A stretch of 64,000 nt of DNA from Tepidiformaceae bacterium (GTDB lineage: Bacteria; Chloroflexota; Dehalococcoidia; Tepidiformales; Tepidiformaceae), in the NCBI GenBank assembly GCA_965221735.1, contig OZ244910.1, positions 1,753,760 through 1,817,759 of the forward strand. The letters are read 5' to 3'. Positions 8,242 to 19,192 of this stretch are shown piece by piece. Position 1 is the stretch's first letter. Each line of letters begins with the position of its first letter. A program made the position numbers and the translations under genes. The notes under the pieces were generated by a model. The model saw only the letters and a list, made by a program, of their open reading frames with translations. It was not told where the DNA came from and did not search any database.

Positions 8242-9253
8242 ACCGGCCACCCCGACCGCCACCGAACCGGAACCGCAGCCGGCAGAGGCCGTCACGGAGG
8301 ATCCCGCCGTCTGGGTGCGGAAGGACCTGCTCGACACGGACACCCTCTCGGCCGAGGAGATCGACCTCGTGCTGGAGACGGCGGACGCGATGGCGGAGGT
8401 GCGGGAGCGGCCGGTGGGGCGGGTCGCGACGCTGCGGGGGACGACGGTCGTGACCCTCTTCTACGAGAACAGCACGCGCACACGCGCCAGCTTCGAGATC
8501 GCGGCGAAGGCGATGGGCGCCGACGTCATCAATTTGGCGGCGACGGGTAGCAGCGTGGGCAAGGGCGAGTCGCTGGTCGACACGGTGCGCACAATCGAGG
8601 CGGTGGGGGCGGACATCGTGGTGATACGCCACGCGAGCTCGGGGGCGGCGGCGCTGGCGGCGCGACACACGAGCGCGGGCGTCGTGAACGGCGGCGACGG
8701 GTCGCACGCCCACCCGACGCAGGCATTGCTCGACCTGTACACGATGCGGCGGCACGTGGGCAAGCTGGAGGGGCGAAAGGTCGTCATCGTGGGCGACATC
8801 CTGCACAGCCGCGTGGCGCGCTCGAACCTGTGGGCGCTGCGGGCGGCGGGGGCGCAGGTGACCCTCTGCGGCCCGGCGACGCTGCTGCCGCGGTCGCTGG
8901 GCTCGCTGCCGGGGTACGAGGGGCCGGGGGGCTGCGAGGTCACGACGGACCTCGAGGGGGCGCTGACGGGGGCGGACGTGGTGATGGCGCTCCGCCTCCA
9001 GCGGGAGCGGCAGGACCAGGGTCTGCTGCCCTCCCTGCGCGAGTACATCCGGCAGTACCAGGTCACGGAGGAGCGGCTGGCGCGGGCGAATCCGGGGGCG
9101 CTGGTGATGCACCCCGGCCCGATGAACGAGGGCGTCGAGATCGCGCCGGAAGTGGCACACGGGCTGCGCTCGGTGGTCGAAGAGCAGGTCACGAACGGGG
9201 TGGCGGTGCGCATGGCCATCCTCTACCTGATGGCGACAGCGAGGCGACGATGA
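8228..9253 (+). CDS. pyrB: Aspartate carbamoyltransferase catalytic subunit
   Basis: [17 protein letters not shown] and HPTQALLD motifs. The start is uncertain (Pro/Glu-rich N-terminal extension). Confidence 0.92.
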   Translation: MVSIEPATPTATEPEPQPAEAVTEDPAVWVRKDLLDTDTLSAEEIDLVLETADAMAEVRERPVGRVATLRGTTVVTLFYENSTRTRASFEIAAKAMGADVINLAATGSSVGKGESLVDTVRTIEAVGADIVVIRHASSGAAALAARHTSAGVVNGGDGSHAHPTQALLDLYTMRRHVGKLEGRKVVIVGDILHSRVARSNLWALRAAGAQVTLCGPATLLPRSLGSLPGYEGPGGCEVTTDLEGALTGADVVMALRLQRERQDQGLLPSLREYIRQYQVTEERLARANPGALVMHPGPMNEGVEIAPEVAHGLRSVVEEQVTNGVAVRMAILYLMATARRR

Positions 9254-10572
9254 ACAGACTGCTGATACGAGGCGGACGGCTCATCGACCCGGCGACGGGT
9301 CGCGACGAGCAGGGCGACGTGCTTGTCGAGAACGGACGCGTGCGCGCGACCGGCGGAAGCCTGTCCGCGGACGGGGCGGAGGTGGTGGACGCGGCGGGGT
9401 GCATCGTGACGCCGGGGTTCATCGACCTGCACGCGCACCTGCGCGAACCCGGCTTCGAGCAGAAAGGCACGCTCGCGACGGAGACGGAGGCGGCGCTGCG
9501 AGGCGGCTTCACGACCGTCTGCGCGATGCCGAACACGGAGCCGGCGCCGGACAGCGCGCCGGCGGTCGAGGGGTTCCTGAAGTTGGTGGCGCAGAACGCG
9601 CGCGTTCGGGTGCTGCCCGTGGGGTCGACGACGGTGGGGCGGGCCGGGGAGCGGCTGGCGGCGCTGAGCGAGCTGGCGGAGTCGGGGTGCGTGGCGGTGA
9701 GCGACGACGGCGGGCCGGTCATCGGCGGCAACCTCATGCGGAACGCGCTCATGCTGGCGGAGGCGCTGGGGCTTGTGGTGGCGGAGCACTGCGACGAGCC
9801 CTCGTTGAGCCGGGACGGCTCGATGCACGAGGGCGCGGTGAGCGAGCGGCTCGGCCTGGCGGGGCAGCCGACAGCCGCCGAGACGGCCGCGATAGCCCGA
9901 AACATCGAACTCTGCGAGCTTACGCGCGGACGGCTGCACATCATGCACGTGACGACGGCGAGGGGCGTTGAGATGGTCGAGCGGGCGAAGGAGCGCGGGC
10001 TGCCGGTGACGTGCGAGGTCACCCCGAGCCACCTCTTCCTGACGGACGAGGCGGTGGCGGGGAGCGACCCTACTCCCGCCTACAACACCTCGGCCAAGGT
10101 CAACCCGCCGCTGCGCACGGAGGCGGACCGGCTGGCGCTGCTCGCGGGCGTGAACTCGGGCGTGATCGACGCGATCGCGACGGACCACGCGCCGCACGCG
10201 CCGGAGGAGAAGCTGTGGGAGTTCGACCGCGCGCCGTTCGGCATCAGCTGCGTCGAGACCGCCCTCGCGACGGTGACGACGCTCGTGGCGCGGGGCGAGC
10301 TGGAGCTGGGCGCAGCGCTGCGGGCGCTGACGCAGGGTCCGGTGGAGACGTTCTCGCTCAGCGAGCACATTTCCGGAATCGGGACGCTCGCGGTGGGGGC
10401 GCCCGGCGACGTGACCGTGTTCGACCCCGAGGAGCGCTGGACCATCGACCCGGCGACGTTCGCCTCGAAGGGGAAGAACACGCCGCTCGCGGGGCTCGAA
10501 CTGCGGGGCCGGGTGCGGGCGGTGGCGGTCGGAGGCGAGCTGCGCAATGCGGTGGAGGCGGCGCATGTCTAG
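9250..10572 (+). CDS. pyrC: Dihydroorotase
   Basis: [14 protein letters not shown]..., GFIDLHAHLREPG, ATDHAPH. The ATG overlaps the pyrB TGA. The longer track ORF starting at 8830 is an in-frame upstream extension inside pyrB. Confidence 0.9.
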   Translation: MNRLLIRGGRLIDPATGRDEQGDVLVENGRVRATGGSLSADGAEVVDAAGCIVTPGFIDLHAHLREPGFEQKGTLATETEAALRGGFTTVCAMPNTEPAPDSAPAVEGFLKLVAQNARVRVLPVGSTTVGRAGERLAALSELAESGCVAVSDDGGPVIGGNLMRNALMLAEALGLVVAEHCDEPSLSRDGSMHEGAVSERLGLAGQPTAAETAAIARNIELCELTRGRLHIMHVTTARGVEMVERAKERGLPVTCEVTPSHLFLTDEAVAGSDPTPAYNTSAKVNPPLRTEADRLALLAGVNSGVIDAIATDHAPHAPEEKLWEFDRAPFGISCVETALATVTTLVARGELELGAALRALTQGPVETFSLSEHISGIGTLAVGAPGDVTVFDPEERWTIDPATFASKGKNTPLAGLELRGRVRAVAVGGELRNAVEAAHV

Positions 10573-11731
10573 CGCGAGGCTGGTGCTCGCCGACGGGAGC
10601 GTGTTCGAGGGCCGCGCGGTGGGCGCGATCGGGTCGGTGGGCGGCGAGGTGGTGTTCAACACGTCGATGACGGGCTACCAGGAGATGCTGACGGACCCCT
10701 CCTACGCGGGGCAGCTGCTCACGCTGACCTACCCGATGATCGGGAACTACGGCGTCGACACGGCCGTGGAGGAGTCGGGGCAGATCCAGCCGCGGGGGCT
10801 GATCGTGCGCGAGGTGGCGCCGGTTTCGAGCCATCCGCTCTCGACCAGCGACCTCGCGACGTTCCTGGCCGAGCGGGAGGTCGTCGCCATCGACGGCGTG
10901 GACACGCGCGCGATCACGCGGCGCATCCGGCGCCACGGCGTCATGCTGGGGGTGATCACGGACGAACCGGCAGCGGAGGCGCTGGAGCGCGTCCGCGCGC
11001 TGCCCGGGTACGACGGCATCGACTGGGCGTCGCAGGTTTCGACGGACCAGCAGTACGGCTGGGAGCCGTTCGCGGAGAAGCACAAGCTCCGGCCGGCGAT
11101 GGAGTCACGGGCGAACAAGGCCATGGTTAAGCCCGCGAATTCAGGGGCGTCGGGGCGGCCGAAGCGAGTGGCGCTCATCGACGGCGGGGTGAAGCGCAAC
11201 ATCATGCGCTCGCTCGTCGCGCGGAACTGCGAAGTGACCGTTCTACCCATCGACGCGAGCTCGGAGGACGTGCTCGCGCTCAGGCCCGACGGCGTGCTGT
11301 GGTCGCCGGGGCCGGGCGACCCGCAGGTGCAGAACGCGCAGGTCGAGGAGACGCGCAAGCTGATCGGGACGGTTCCGCTGTTCGGCATCTGCCTGGGGCA
11401 CCAGGTGATCGCGCGGGCGCTGGGGGCGGGCACGTTCAAGCTGCCGTTCGGGCACCGGGGCGGGAACCATCCCGTTCGCGACGAGCGGACAGGCACGGTG
11501 ACGATCACGGCGCAGAACCACGGCTACGCCGTCGACCCCGAGGGGCTGGCGGCTACGGCGGAGGTCAGCCACGTGAACCTGAACGACGGCACGGTCGAAG
11601 GGCTCACCATGCGCGACGAGCCGGTGATGACGATCCAGTACCACTCGGAGGCGAGCCCGGGGCCGCTCGACAGCATGGGGATGTTCGACCGCTTCGTACA
11701 GATGATGGATTCGGCGGGAGGCAGGCAATGA
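10565..11731 (+). CDS. carA: Carbamoyl-phosphate synthase small (glutaminase) subunit
   Basis: VFNTSMTGYQEMLTDPSY and the GICLGHQ catalytic Cys motif. The start could be 10547 or 10565. Confidence 0.92.
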   Translation: MSSARLVLADGSVFEGRAVGAIGSVGGEVVFNTSMTGYQEMLTDPSYAGQLLTLTYPMIGNYGVDTAVEESGQIQPRGLIVREVAPVSSHPLSTSDLATFLAEREVVAIDGVDTRAITRRIRRHGVMLGVITDEPAAEALERVRALPGYDGIDWASQVSTDQQYGWEPFAEKHKLRPAMESRANKAMVKPANSGASGRPKRVALIDGGVKRNIMRSLVARNCEVTVLPIDASSEDVLALRPDGVLWSPGPGDPQVQNAQVEETRKLIGTVPLFGICLGHQVIARALGAGTFKLPFGHRGGNHPVRDERTGTVTITAQNHGYAVDPEGLAATAEVSHVNLNDGTVEGLTMRDEPVMTIQYHSEASPGPLDSMGMFDRFVQMMDSAGGRQ

Positions 11732-12180
11732 CGCGCACGACAGCGATGCGCCAGGCAACCACGGACGACGCGGCAGCGGTGGCTTCGATCGCGCATGCCC
11801 TTCGCGAGGAGGCGAACACGAGCCTTCCACCCGACCTCGACACCGAGATGGCGCGTGGCTGGCTGACGCGCATCGGGGAGCACGGGGCGGCGGCGATTGC
11901 GCTGGACGGGTCGATCCCGGTCGCCTTCGGGATGGTCGAGGCGAGCCCCGATGAGCCGGAAACGGCGGAGCTCGGGGTCTGGGTGCTGCCAGACCACCGA
12001 CAGCGGGGCATCGCCACGCAGCTCGCGGAGGAGCTGCTGGCGCTCGCGCGCGAGCGCGGGCTGCGTCGTATCCGCGGGCGGCTGCCGGAAGGCAACGAGC
12101 CCGCTCTCAGCTTTCTCTCATCCATCGGGGGGATGGTTCCCCTGCGCAACCCCGACATGACGTTCGAGCTGCCCCTCTAG
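11728..12180 (+). CDS. GNAT-family N-acetyltransferase inserted between carA and carB
   Basis: 150 aa. Acetyl-CoA motif A: [26 protein letters not shown]. The ATG overlaps the carA TGA. Confidence 0.75.
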   Translation: MTRTTAMRQATTDDAAAVASIAHALREEANTSLPPDLDTEMARGWLTRIGEHGAAAIALDGSIPVAFGMVEASPDEPETAELGVWVLPDHRQRGIATQLAEELLALARERGLRRIRGRLPEGNEPALSFLSSIGGMVPLRNPDMTFELPL

Positions 12181-12660
12181 ATGACAACGATGACGACACC
12201 GCGACGCCCCCTGCCGCCACGCGCCCGTGGCGGCGCCATCCGCCGCGACGCGACGCCTCAGGCCGCGAGCTGGACGGACGTGCTCATCGCGCTGGCCGCG
12301 ACGGCACTCGCGATGGCCGTGTTCGTGCTCGTCGCGACGTTCGCGGGCGAGAACGTGGCCGGGGACGAGGCGGGGCGGTTCTGGGCGCTGCTGTTCGCGG
12401 CGGGGCTCGGCTTGTCGGGGCTGTTCCTGGGGATGCTGGGGCTGGTGCTGCAGGGCGAAGGGGCTCGCGAGCGAGGCCGCTACCTGGTTCCGGTCGCAAC
12501 CGGTATCGCGACGGGGGCGATCGTGGGGGCGCTGGTGCTGGACGGAGCGAGCCGCGGAGCGGTGCTGGCGCCGCTGCTGCTGCTCCTGCTCGCGACACCA
12601 CCATTGCGGGAAGGGCTGGGGTGGCTCATGCGGCGCGGGACCGGAGGGAGGGCGCGATGA
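12181..12660 (+). CDS. Hypothetical integral membrane protein (about 4 TM)
   Basis: 159 aa. It starts immediately after the GNAT stop, and its TGA overlaps the carB ATG. Hydrophobic segments include [17 protein letters not shown] and [21 protein letters not shown]. Confidence 0.55.
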   Translation: MTTMTTPRRPLPPRARGGAIRRDATPQAASWTDVLIALAATALAMAVFVLVATFAGENVAGDEAGRFWALLFAAGLGLSGLFLGMLGLVLQGEGARERGRYLVPVATGIATGAIVGALVLDGASRGAVLAPLLLLLLATPPLREGLGWLMRRGTGGRAR

Positions 12661-15600
12661 CGAAGCCGGAGAGCGTCCTCATCATCGGGTCCGGGGCGAT
12701 CGTCATCGGGCAGGCGGCGGAGTTCGACTACGCCGGCACGCAGGCCTGCAAGGCCGTGCGCGAGGAGGGGGTGCGCAGCATCCTCGTGAACTCGAACCCG
12801 GCGACGATCATGACCGACCTCGACGTGGCCGACGCCGTCTACATCGAGCCGCTCACGGTGCCGACGATCGAGCGCATCATCGCGCGGGAGCGGCCGGACG
12901 GCCTGCTGCCGACGCTCGGGGGACAGACGGGCCTCAACCTCGCGGTGGACCTCGCGAACGCGGGGATCCTCGAGAAGTACGACGTGAAGCTGCTGGGCAC
13001 GCCGCTGGAGTCGATCCGGCGGGCGGAGGACCGGGAGCTGTTCAACGACCTGCTGGCGAAGATCGGCGAGCCCGTGCTCGAGAGCGAGCCCTGCGAGACG
13101 GTCGAGGCGTGCGAGGCGGCGGCGGAGCGGATCGGGCTGCCGGTCGTCATCCGGCCCGCGTACACGCTCGGCGGCACGGGCGGGGGCATCGCCTTCACGC
13201 CCGAGGAGCTGCGCACGATTGCGACGAGCGGGCTGTCCGCGAGCCCGATCACGCAGGTGCTGATCGAGCGGTACCTCGGGGGCTGGAAAGAGGTCGAGTA
13301 CGAGGTGATGCGGGACGGCGCGGGCAACTGCGTGACGATCTGCAACATGGAGAACCTCGACCCGATGGGCGTCCATACGGGCGATTCGATCGTCGTGGCG
13401 CCCTCGCAGACGCTGACGGACAAGGACTACCAGATGCTGCGCTCGGCGGCGCTGCGCATCATCGACGAGCTCGGCATCGAGGGCGGCTGCAACATCCAGT
13501 TCTCAATGGCGCCGCGCAAGGACGTGCGCGACTGGGAGGGCGACCCGAACGAGCCGCTTCCCTATTTCGTGATCGAGGTCAACCCGCGCGTCTCGCGCTC
13601 CTCGGCGCTGGCCTCGAAGGCGACGGGGTACCCGATCGCGCGGGTGGCAGCGAAGATCGCCTGCGGCAAGACGCTCGACGAGATCCCGAACGCGGTCACG
13701 CAGCGCACGACGGCGGCGTTCGAGCCGGCGCTCGATTACTGCGTCGTCAAGATTCCGCGCTGGCCGTTCGACAAGTTCGCCCTGGGCGACCGGGGTCTGG
13801 GCACGCAGATGAAGGCGACCGGCGAGGTGATGGCGATCGACCGCACCTTCGAGGGGGCGCTGAACAAGGCGGTGCGCTCGCTCGAGTTCGGACGGCGGAC
13901 GCTGCTCTGGGAGGATCCCGCCTGGCGCGATGCGAAGGCGATCAACCTGAGCGCTACGGACACCCGGCTCTGGGCGCTGATGGCGGCGCTGCGGCGGGAC
14001 ATGCCGATCGCCGACCTCGCGACGGAGACGGGCGTCGACCCGTGGTTCCTGGAACGGCTGCAGCGGATCGTGGCGGTCGAGCGGCGGCTGCTCTCGGAGC
14101 CGCTCGACGGCGAGCTGCTACTGGAAGCGAAGCAGATGGGGTTCAGCGACGAGATGGTGGGGCAACTCGCCGACCGGCTGGCGGAGCACGTGCGGGAGCT
14201 ACGCCTCCAGCTCGGGATGCGGCCCGTCTACAAGATGGTCGACACCTGCGCGGCCGAGTTCGATGCGTTCACGCCGTACTTCTATTCGACCTACGAGCAG
14301 GAGAACGAAGCGACGCCGGAGCCGGGCGTCTCGACGGTGGTGCTGGGGAGCGGACCGATCCGCATCGGGCAGGGAATCGAGTTCGACTACGCGAGCGTTC
14401 ACGCCGCCTGGGCGCTCCAGGACGCGGGCCGTCGCGCCATTCTCGTGAACTCGAACCCGGAGACGGTCTCGACGGACTTCGACACGAGCGACCGGCTCTA
14501 CTTCGAACCGCTGGACGAGGAGGCGGTTCGCAACATCCTCGAGAACGAGGCGGGGGAGACAGGGGAGACGCCGACCAGCATCGTGCAGTTCGGGGGGCAG
14601 ACGGCGGTGAACCTGGCGGAACCGCTCTGGCGCGCGGGGCAGGGGATCATCGGGTCGAGCGCGGAGGCGATCGACACGGCCGAGGACCGCGAGCTGTTCG
14701 AGCGGTTCCTGCAGAACCTCGGCATTCCCCAGCCTCCGGGGGCGGCGGTGCGCACGCTGGAGGAGGGGCTGAAGACGGCGCAGACGATCGGCTACCCGGT
14801 GCTCGTGCGGCCCTCGTACGTGCTCGGGGGGCGGGCGATGGAGATCGTGCAGAACCCGCGCGAGATGGTCGGGTTCCTGGCGCAGGCGGCGGAGGCGGCG
14901 GAGGGGCGGCCGATCCTGATCGACAAGTACCTGGAGGGCCGGGAGGTGGAGGTGGACGCGATCTGCGACGGCGAGCGCGTCCTCATCCCCGGGATCATGG
15001 AGCACATCGAGCGGGCCGGGGTGCACTCGGGCGACTCGATGGCGGTCTACCCGCCGGTCCACCTCGACGACGAGGAGCGGGAGACGATCTGTCGCCACAC
15101 AGAGCAAATCGTGCTCGGCATGGGCGCCATCGGGCTCACGAACATCCAGTACGTGGTGCTCCCGCGGGACGCTTCGGGCCAGCCGCAGGTGTACGTGATC
15201 GAGGTGAACCCTCGGGCGAGCCGCACGGTGCCGTTTATCTCGAAAGTGACCGGCGTGCCGATGGTGCAGCTGGCGGTTCGGGCGATGTGCGGCGAGTCGC
15301 TGGAGAGCCAGGGATACGAAGGCGGCCTCTGGCCGGAGAAGAACCTCGTGGCGGTGAAAGCGCCGGTCTTCTCGATGTCGAAGCTGGCGGAGGTCGATAC
15401 GTACCTCGGGCCGGAGATGAAGAGCACGGGCGAGGTGATGGGCATCGACAGCGCCTACGAACCGGCGCTGGCGAAGGCGCTCCTCGCCTCGGACCTGGCC
15501 GTGGAGCCCGGCACGCCGGTGCTCCTCTCCCTGAGCGACCGGACGAAGGCGGAGGCGCTGCCGCTCGTGCACGCGCTGCATGACGCAGGCTGCGACCTCT

Positions 15601-15911
15601 ACGCCACGGAGGGCACGGGGGCGATGTTGGACGCACTCGGCATCCCTTCGACGGTGGTGACGAAGGTGCTGAGCGGCACCCACCCGAACGTGGTGGACGT
15701 GATCGAGGACGGCACCGTTCGCTGCGTGCTGAACACGCCGGAGGGACGCCTGACGGGATCGCTCCGGGACGGCTTCCACATCCGGCGGGCAGCGGCGGAG
15801 AAGCGCATCCCCTGCTTCACATCGATCGACACGGCGCGGGCGGCCATCGAGACGATGCGCGGGACCGTGACGCCGGAGGTCGCGCGGCTGGACGAGTACG
15901 TGGCGCGATGA
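12657..15911 (+). CDS. carB: Carbamoyl-phosphate synthase large subunit
   Basis: [29 protein letters not shown]. Duplicated ATP-grasp halves (second half: [18 protein letters not shown]). Confidence 0.95.
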   Translation: MTKPESVLIIGSGAIVIGQAAEFDYAGTQACKAVREEGVRSILVNSNPATIMTDLDVADAVYIEPLTVPTIERIIARERPDGLLPTLGGQTGLNLAVDLANAGILEKYDVKLLGTPLESIRRAEDRELFNDLLAKIGEPVLESEPCETVEACEAAAERIGLPVVIRPAYTLGGTGGGIAFTPEELRTIATSGLSASPITQVLIERYLGGWKEVEYEVMRDGAGNCVTICNMENLDPMGVHTGDSIVVAPSQTLTDKDYQMLRSAALRIIDELGIEGGCNIQFSMAPRKDVRDWEGDPNEPLPYFVIEVNPRVSRSSALASKATGYPIARVAAKIACGKTLDEIPNAVTQRTTAAFEPALDYCVVKIPRWPFDKFALGDRGLGTQMKATGEVMAIDRTFEGALNKAVRSLEFGRRTLLWEDPAWRDAKAINLSATDTRLWALMAALRRDMPIADLATETGVDPWFLERLQRIVAVERRLLSEPLDGELLLEAKQMGFSDEMVGQLADRLAEHVRELRLQLGMRPVYKMVDTCAAEFDAFTPYFYSTYEQENEATPEPGVSTVVLGSGPIRIGQGIEFDYASVHAAWALQDAGRRAILVNSNPETVSTDFDTSDRLYFEPLDEEAVRNILENEAGETGETPTSIVQFGGQTAVNLAEPLWRAGQGIIGSSAEAIDTAEDRELFERFLQNLGIPQPPGAAVRTLEEGLKTAQTIGYPVLVRPSYVLGGRAMEIVQNPREMVGFLAQAAEAAEGRPILIDKYLEGREVEVDAICDGERVLIPGIMEHIERAGVHSGDSMAVYPPVHLDDEERETICRHTEQIVLGMGAIGLTNIQYVVLPRDASGQPQVYVIEVNPRASRTVPFISKVTGVPMVQLAVRAMCGESLESQGYEGGLWPEKNLVAVKAPVFSMSKLAEVDTYLGPEMKSTGEVMGIDSAYEPALAKALLASDLAVEPGTPVLLSLSDRTKAEALPLVHALHDAGCDLYATEGTGAMLDALGIPSTVVTKVLSGTHPNVVDVIEDGTVRCVLNTPEGRLTGSLRDGFHIRRAAAEKRIPCFTSIDTARAAIETMRGTVTPEVARLDEYVAR

Positions 15912-16672
15912 TCCACGAAGAGGCGACGGTCCTCTCGAACGAGCCGTGCTACGAAGGCGGCTACGTCATCTGGCTCGATGCACCCAACCTGGCGGCGGCG
16001 GGACACGCACCCGGACAGTTCGTGATGGTGCGCTGCGCTCCCGAGGGCGGGGATCCCGAGTTCTCGCGGGCGTTCAGCTACCACCGGGCGGAGGAGGGGC
16101 GGATCGCGCTGCTCTACGCGGTCGCGGGGCGGGGGACGGCGTGGCTGGCGGCACGGCGTCGGGGGGACACGGTGTCGCTCTACGGCCCGCTGGGGAACGG
16201 CTTCCGGCTTCCCGGCGGCTCCGGGAACCTGCTGCTGGTGGCAGGAGGCGTGGGCGTCGCACCGATGGTCGACCTGGCCGAGGTGGCGCTGGCGCAAGGC
16301 CACCAGGTGACGGCGATAATGGGCGCGCGGACAGCCTCGCAGCTGCTGCCGGCCTCGGCCTGGCCGAGCGAGGTCGAGTACGTGGTGGTGACGGAAGACG
16401 GGTCGCAGGGGTTGCGGGGGCGGGTCACGGAACACCTCGACGAGTACGTGGCGTGGTCGAGCAAGCTGTACGCGTGCGGTCCGAACCCGATGTTCGCGTC
16501 GATGGCGGAGGCGCTCCGGCAGAACGGCAGGCGGCAGACTCCGGAGATCCTGATGGAAGAGAACATGCCCTGCGGGTGGGGTCTCTGCTACGGGTGCGCG
16601 ATCTTCACCCGGCACGGTGTTCGGCTGTGCTGCAAGGACGGGCCCCGCTTCAACCTGTTCGACGTTTTCTAG
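15908..16672 (+). CDS. pyrK: Dihydroorotate dehydrogenase electron-transfer subunit (PyrK-type)
   Basis: FAD motif RAFS, NAD-like GGVGVAPM, and a C-terminal 2Fe-2S motif [11 protein letters not shown]...CCKDGP. The ATG overlaps the carB TGA. Confidence 0.85.
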   Translation: MIHEEATVLSNEPCYEGGYVIWLDAPNLAAAGHAPGQFVMVRCAPEGGDPEFSRAFSYHRAEEGRIALLYAVAGRGTAWLAARRRGDTVSLYGPLGNGFRLPGGSGNLLLVAGGVGVAPMVDLAEVALAQGHQVTAIMGARTASQLLPASAWPSEVEYVVVTEDGSQGLRGRVTEHLDEYVAWSSKLYACGPNPMFASMAEALRQNGRRQTPEILMEENMPCGWGLCYGCAIFTRHGVRLCCKDGPRFNLFDVF

Positions 16673-16693
16673 ACGCGAACGGCACGTTTGGGG

Positions 16694-16723
16694 TTTACAA
16701 GCGCCTGGGGAATGCACTACACT
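16694..16723 (+). promoter_or_regulatory. Sigma-70-like promoter (TTTACA, 18 nt, TACACT)
   Basis: Hexamers read directly. Lies 26 nt upstream of the 16749 ATG. Confidence 0.4.
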
Positions 16724-16748
16724 CTTGCGGACAGCAAACGGTGCAGGG

Positions 16749-17156
16749 ATGGCAATGGCATCGGCGGAGCAGTCAGGCGAACCCCTGCGGGACTTCAGCA
16801 GCCCGGCAACGTGGGGCGATGTCGAACGGGTGCGGACCTCGCTGGAGACGAAGATCGACTCGGGCATTGCCGAAGTGAAAGTCCAGCTCAGCGAGGTTCA
16901 GGCACAGGTGGCGGAAGTGCGGACGGAGATGGCCAGGCTGGAGACACGGCTGGAGCGACGTATCGGCGGGCTGGAAGGGCAGCTTGAGACCCAAGGCAGC
17001 CAACTCAACAGCCGGATCGATGGACTCGAGGGTCGGGTGGACACAGCGATCGCCGGGCTGGAGACGCGGCTACTCCGCTGGTCCGCTGGTCTCGCAGTGG
17101 CAGCCGGAGTCTCAGTCATTGGCTTCCTTGTCGGCATCCTCCAGACGGTTGACTGA
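16749..17156 (+). CDS. Coiled-coil protein with a C-terminal TM anchor
   Basis: 135 aa. Repetitive GLEG/LETR heptad-like region (RLETRLERRIGGLEGQLETQGSQLNSRIDGLEGRVDTAIAGLETRLL), then AGLAVAAGVSVIGFLVGIL. Confidence 0.55.
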   Translation: MAMASAEQSGEPLRDFSSPATWGDVERVRTSLETKIDSGIAEVKVQLSEVQAQVAEVRTEMARLETRLERRIGGLEGQLETQGSQLNSRIDGLEGRVDTAIAGLETRLLRWSAGLAVAAGVSVIGFLVGILQTVD

Positions 17157-17236
17157 GGGGCGCGGCATGCCAGAAGCCACCACGGTGTTTGCGGGCGGTG
17201 TCGGACCCTCTCAGGGCTGACGGGCAGGTCGAAGCG

Positions 17237-17261
17237 GAACAGGGGTTGCGAACGGGTGTTC
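17237..17261. promoter_or_regulatory. LexA (Cheo-type) SOS box pair overlapping the recA promoter
   Basis: GAAC-GGGT-GTTC at 17250-17261 is a perfect GAAC-N4-GTTC. A degenerate GAAC-AGGG-GTTG lies at 17237-17248. They overlap TTGCGA (17246-17251) / 18 nt / TACGAT (17270-17275), upstream of the recA ATG at 17305. Confidence 0.7.
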
Positions 17262-17304
17262 TAGTCCCTTACGATGGCGTCAACACGAGACGGGGAGCCC
17301 CACC

Positions 17305-18384
17305 ATGGCCCAGACGGCGAAACAGGAAGCGGATCGGAAGCGCGCGCTGGACCTGGCGCTGAGCCAGATCGAGAAGCAGTACGGCAGCGGCGCCATCATG
17401 AAGATGGGGGACGCAACCGCCAATATGACGGTGGGCGCTATCTCCACGGGATCGCTCTCGCTGGACATCGCCCTCGGCATCGGGGGACTCCCCCGCGGGC
17501 GCGTCACCGAGATCTACGGGCCGGAGTCGGCGGGCAAGAGCACCCTGGCGCAGCACGTGATCGCGCAGGCGCAGAAGAGCGGCGGGGCCGTCGCCTACAT
17601 CGACGTGGAGCACGCGCTCGACCCCTCCTACGCCCAGGACCTCGGCATCAACACGGAGGACCTCCTCATCAGCCAGCCGGACACCGGCGAGCAGGCGCTC
17701 GAGATCTGCGAGGCGCTCGTGCGTTCCAACGCGATCGACTGCATCGTCATCGACTCGGTGGCGGCGCTCGTGCCCCGCGCCGAGATCGAGGGCGAGATGG
17801 GCGACGCGCACGTCGGGCTGCAGGCGCGGCTGATGTCGCAGGCGCTCCGCAAGCTGACGGCGACGATCTCGCGAACGAGCACGGCGGTCATCTTCATCAA
17901 CCAGCTCCGGGAGAAGGTCGGCGTGGTGTTCGGGAACCCGGAGGTAACGCCGGGCGGGCGGGCGCTCAAGTTCTACTCGTCCGTGCGCATCGAGCTGCGC
18001 GGCATCGAGAGCATCAAGAAGGGCACGACCGTCATCGGGCGGCGGGTGCGAGCCAAGATCGTGAAGAACAAGGTGGCGGCGCCGTTCCGCACGGCCGAGT
18101 TCGACATTATGTTCACGGCGCCGCGGGGCATCAGCCGCACGGCGGACGTTGTCGACCTGGGCGCGGAGTCCGGCATTCTCACGAAGTCGGGGGCGTTCTA
18201 CAGCTACGGCGACCTGCGCATCGGGCAGGGCCGCGAGGCGGCGAAGGCGTTCCTGCACGAGAACCTGGACATCCTCGAAGCGGTCGAGCGGGAGCTGCGG
18301 ATCGAGGCAGGCCTGCCCGTGGCGGACGAGGGCGAGGACGGTAGCGAGGCCGTCGACACGGCGATGGCGGCCGGAGGTTCCTGA
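17305..18384 (+). CDS. recA: Recombinase A
   Basis: [14 protein letters not shown] Walker A and the full-length RecA pattern. Confidence 0.98.
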   Translation: MAQTAKQEADRKRALDLALSQIEKQYGSGAIMKMGDATANMTVGAISTGSLSLDIALGIGGLPRGRVTEIYGPESAGKSTLAQHVIAQAQKSGGAVAYIDVEHALDPSYAQDLGINTEDLLISQPDTGEQALEICEALVRSNAIDCIVIDSVAALVPRAEIEGEMGDAHVGLQARLMSQALRKLTATISRTSTAVIFINQLREKVGVVFGNPEVTPGGRALKFYSSVRIELRGIESIKKGTTVIGRRVRAKIVKNKVAAPFRTAEFDIMFTAPRGISRTADVVDLGAESGILTKSGAFYSYGDLRIGQGREAAKAFLHENLDILEAVERELRIEAGLPVADEGEDGSEAVDTAMAAGGS

Positions 18385-18391
18385 GGGTTCC

Positions 18392-19051
18392 ATGGCCTCC
18401 GAGGAACCGGATGGGCGAGCCCGGATAGCGGCCATCAAGAGCCGTCCGGACGGGCGCGCGGTGATCACGACGAGTGACGACGAGACGCTCATCGTCCACG
18501 CGGAAGCCCTCCATATCACGGGGCTTCGCGAGGGTGACGTCTTCGACACCAGGGCGCGGAAGCGCCTCGACCTCGAAGGGTCCCGCCGGACCGCGCATGA
18601 GGGAGCGCTACGCCTGCTCACTCGCCGGCCCCGGAGCGAGCGAGAGATACGCCATCGGCTGAGGCAGCGGGAGCTTCCGGCGGACGTGGTCGAGCAGGAG
18701 GTTGAGCGGCTGCGGGAGTCAGGGCTACTCGACGACGAAGCCTTTGCACAGGCATGGGTGGGGGAGCGGCAGGCGAAGACGCCGCGGGGTCAGCGCCTCT
18801 TGCGCAGCGAACTACTCGGACATGGGGTTCGCTCCGAGATCGCGGACGAGGCGGTCCTCTCGGTCGACGACCGCACGGCTGCGCTGGCGGTGGCGAGGGG
18901 ACGGGCGCACCGGCTGGAGGGCCTCGAGTTTCGCGTATTCAGCCAGCGGCTCGGGGGCTTTCTGCGGCGTCGCGGGTTCGCCTACGACGACATCCAGGAG
19001 GCGGTGCGAACGGTCTGGAACGAGAACGCGCCGGAGTCTGAGCGGCGATAG
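18392..19051 (+). CDS. recX: RecA regulator RecX
   Basis: 219 aa directly after recA. Helical-repeat pattern: ALRLLTRRPRSEREIRHRL...GLLDDEAFAQAWV... Confidence 0.8.
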   Translation: MASEEPDGRARIAAIKSRPDGRAVITTSDDETLIVHAEALHITGLREGDVFDTRARKRLDLEGSRRTAHEGALRLLTRRPRSEREIRHRLRQRELPADVVEQEVERLRESGLLDDEAFAQAWVGERQAKTPRGQRLLRSELLGHGVRSEIADEAVLSVDDRTAALAVARGRAHRLEGLEFRVFSQRLGGFLRRRGFAYDDIQEAVRTVWNENAPESERR

Positions 19052-19091
19052 GGGAACGTCCGCGGGTGGCGCTCCTTGCATGGCAAAAGTT

Positions 19092-19121
19092 TTGACGGGC
19101 ACTCGGGGTGACCCGTACCAT
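19092..19121 (+). promoter_or_regulatory. Candidate promoter for rny (TTGACG, 18 nt, TACCAT)
   Basis: Hexamers read directly. Confidence 0.3.
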
Positions 19122-19192
19122 CGCCCGAAGAGCGGCGTACCGCCGCTTTGGGAACACAATGTCGCAACCTGCGATTCACCTGGAGCACAACC

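Noticed and set aside
8830-9249. N-terminal 140-aa extension of the pyrC track ORF.
   Set aside because: It lies inside pyrB in another frame and is Gly/Ala/Arg-rich. The dihydroorotase signature begins at the ATG at 9250, which overlaps the pyrB stop.
12227-15583. 1118-aa ORF overlapping carB in another frame. Similar long ORFs: 5348..6397(-), 22968..25004(-, upstream part), 26677..28701(+), 32770..35034(+), 46028..47707(+), 50052..51761(+), 52372..53877(+), 55093..56985(+), 59411..60850(+), 39043..40290(-), 42246..44078(-).
   Set aside because: These are Arg/Gly/Ala/Pro-rich shadow ORFs typical of off-frame or antisense reading in high-GC DNA. Each overlaps a gene with clear family motifs.
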